A stretch of DNA of 59,029 nucleotides, the filler included, from Trypethelium eluteriae (taxonomy: Eukaryota), in NCBI GenBank assembly GCA_051942245.1. It is 2 parts of 2 records of this genome, joined end to end, with 100 filler letters (N's around TTAATTAATTAA, not from the genome) between each part and the next. Parts side by side here need not be neighbours in the genome. Positions count along the whole stretch, not along the records: positions 29,669 to 59,029 come from JAVECL010000293.1; 1 more part is not named here. One strand, 5' to 3'. Positions within the stretch are counted from its first letter, which is position 1. Every line of letters begins with the position of its first letter. Both the position numbers and the translations under genes were made by a program. Shown here in pieces: positions 58,879 to 59,029 of this stretch. The notes under the pieces were generated by a model. That model did no database searches. It was not told where the DNA came from and was given only the letters and a program-made list of their open reading frames with translations.

Positions 58879-59029
58879 CTAACTCCATCTTGCGCCCTCC
58901 CTCTCGCGCTCAATCCTCGTCGTCCTCTGCTCATCATTCTCCTCGTCCTCATACTTATACCGCACCGCTCTCCTCTTTCGCCTCTCCTCATCTCCCAGAC
59001 TCCCCTCCTTCATCCTCCCCTCCCTCTCC
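58879..59029 (-). CDS. 3' end of a gene running in from beyond the window (highly charged C-terminus)
   Basis: Open frame from the window edge: ...EREGRMKEGSLGDEERRKRRAVRYKYEDEENDEQRTTRIEREREGARWS*, with TAG at 58881-58879. Confidence 0.55.
   Translation of the reverse strand, partial: EREGRMKEGSLGDEERRKRRAVRYKYEDEENDEQRTTRIEREREGARWS

Overview
This is a filamentous ascomycete (Pezizomycotina-type) nuclear genomic window with short spliceosomal introns. It consists of two contigs joined by an artificial 100-nt spacer (N44-TTAATTAATTAA-N44, 29569-29668), so adjacency across that point is not reliable. The left contig begins with a perfect 73-bp-arm palindrome and a transition-riddled (RIP-like) 135-bp-period tandem duplication. 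Next is a compact four-gene accessory module: a divergent APC amino-acid-permease-like gene, an unannotated 3-exon 67-aa microprotein, a 7-exon CorA-like GMN channel, and a non-RD protein kinase with a beta-rich C-terminus. Then come a P4-ATPase flippase (DNF3-like), LSM3 (absent from the ORF track), an AEP2/ATP13-like PPR protein, a HET-domain gene with neighbouring orphan or decayed ORFs, and the 3' end of EDC3. The right contig holds a 5'-truncated uncharacterised gene, a cytochrome P450, midasin (MDN1/REA1), mitochondrial ribosomal L12, CTK3, PRO3, a CBM48-domain protein and the 3' end of another gene. The best candidate for an undescribed system is the permease/microprotein/CorA-like/kinase module at 774-8998, which may be a non-self-response or regulated-cell-death signalling unit; that role is inference only. 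All family assignments come from motif recognition by eye, and no database searches were run.
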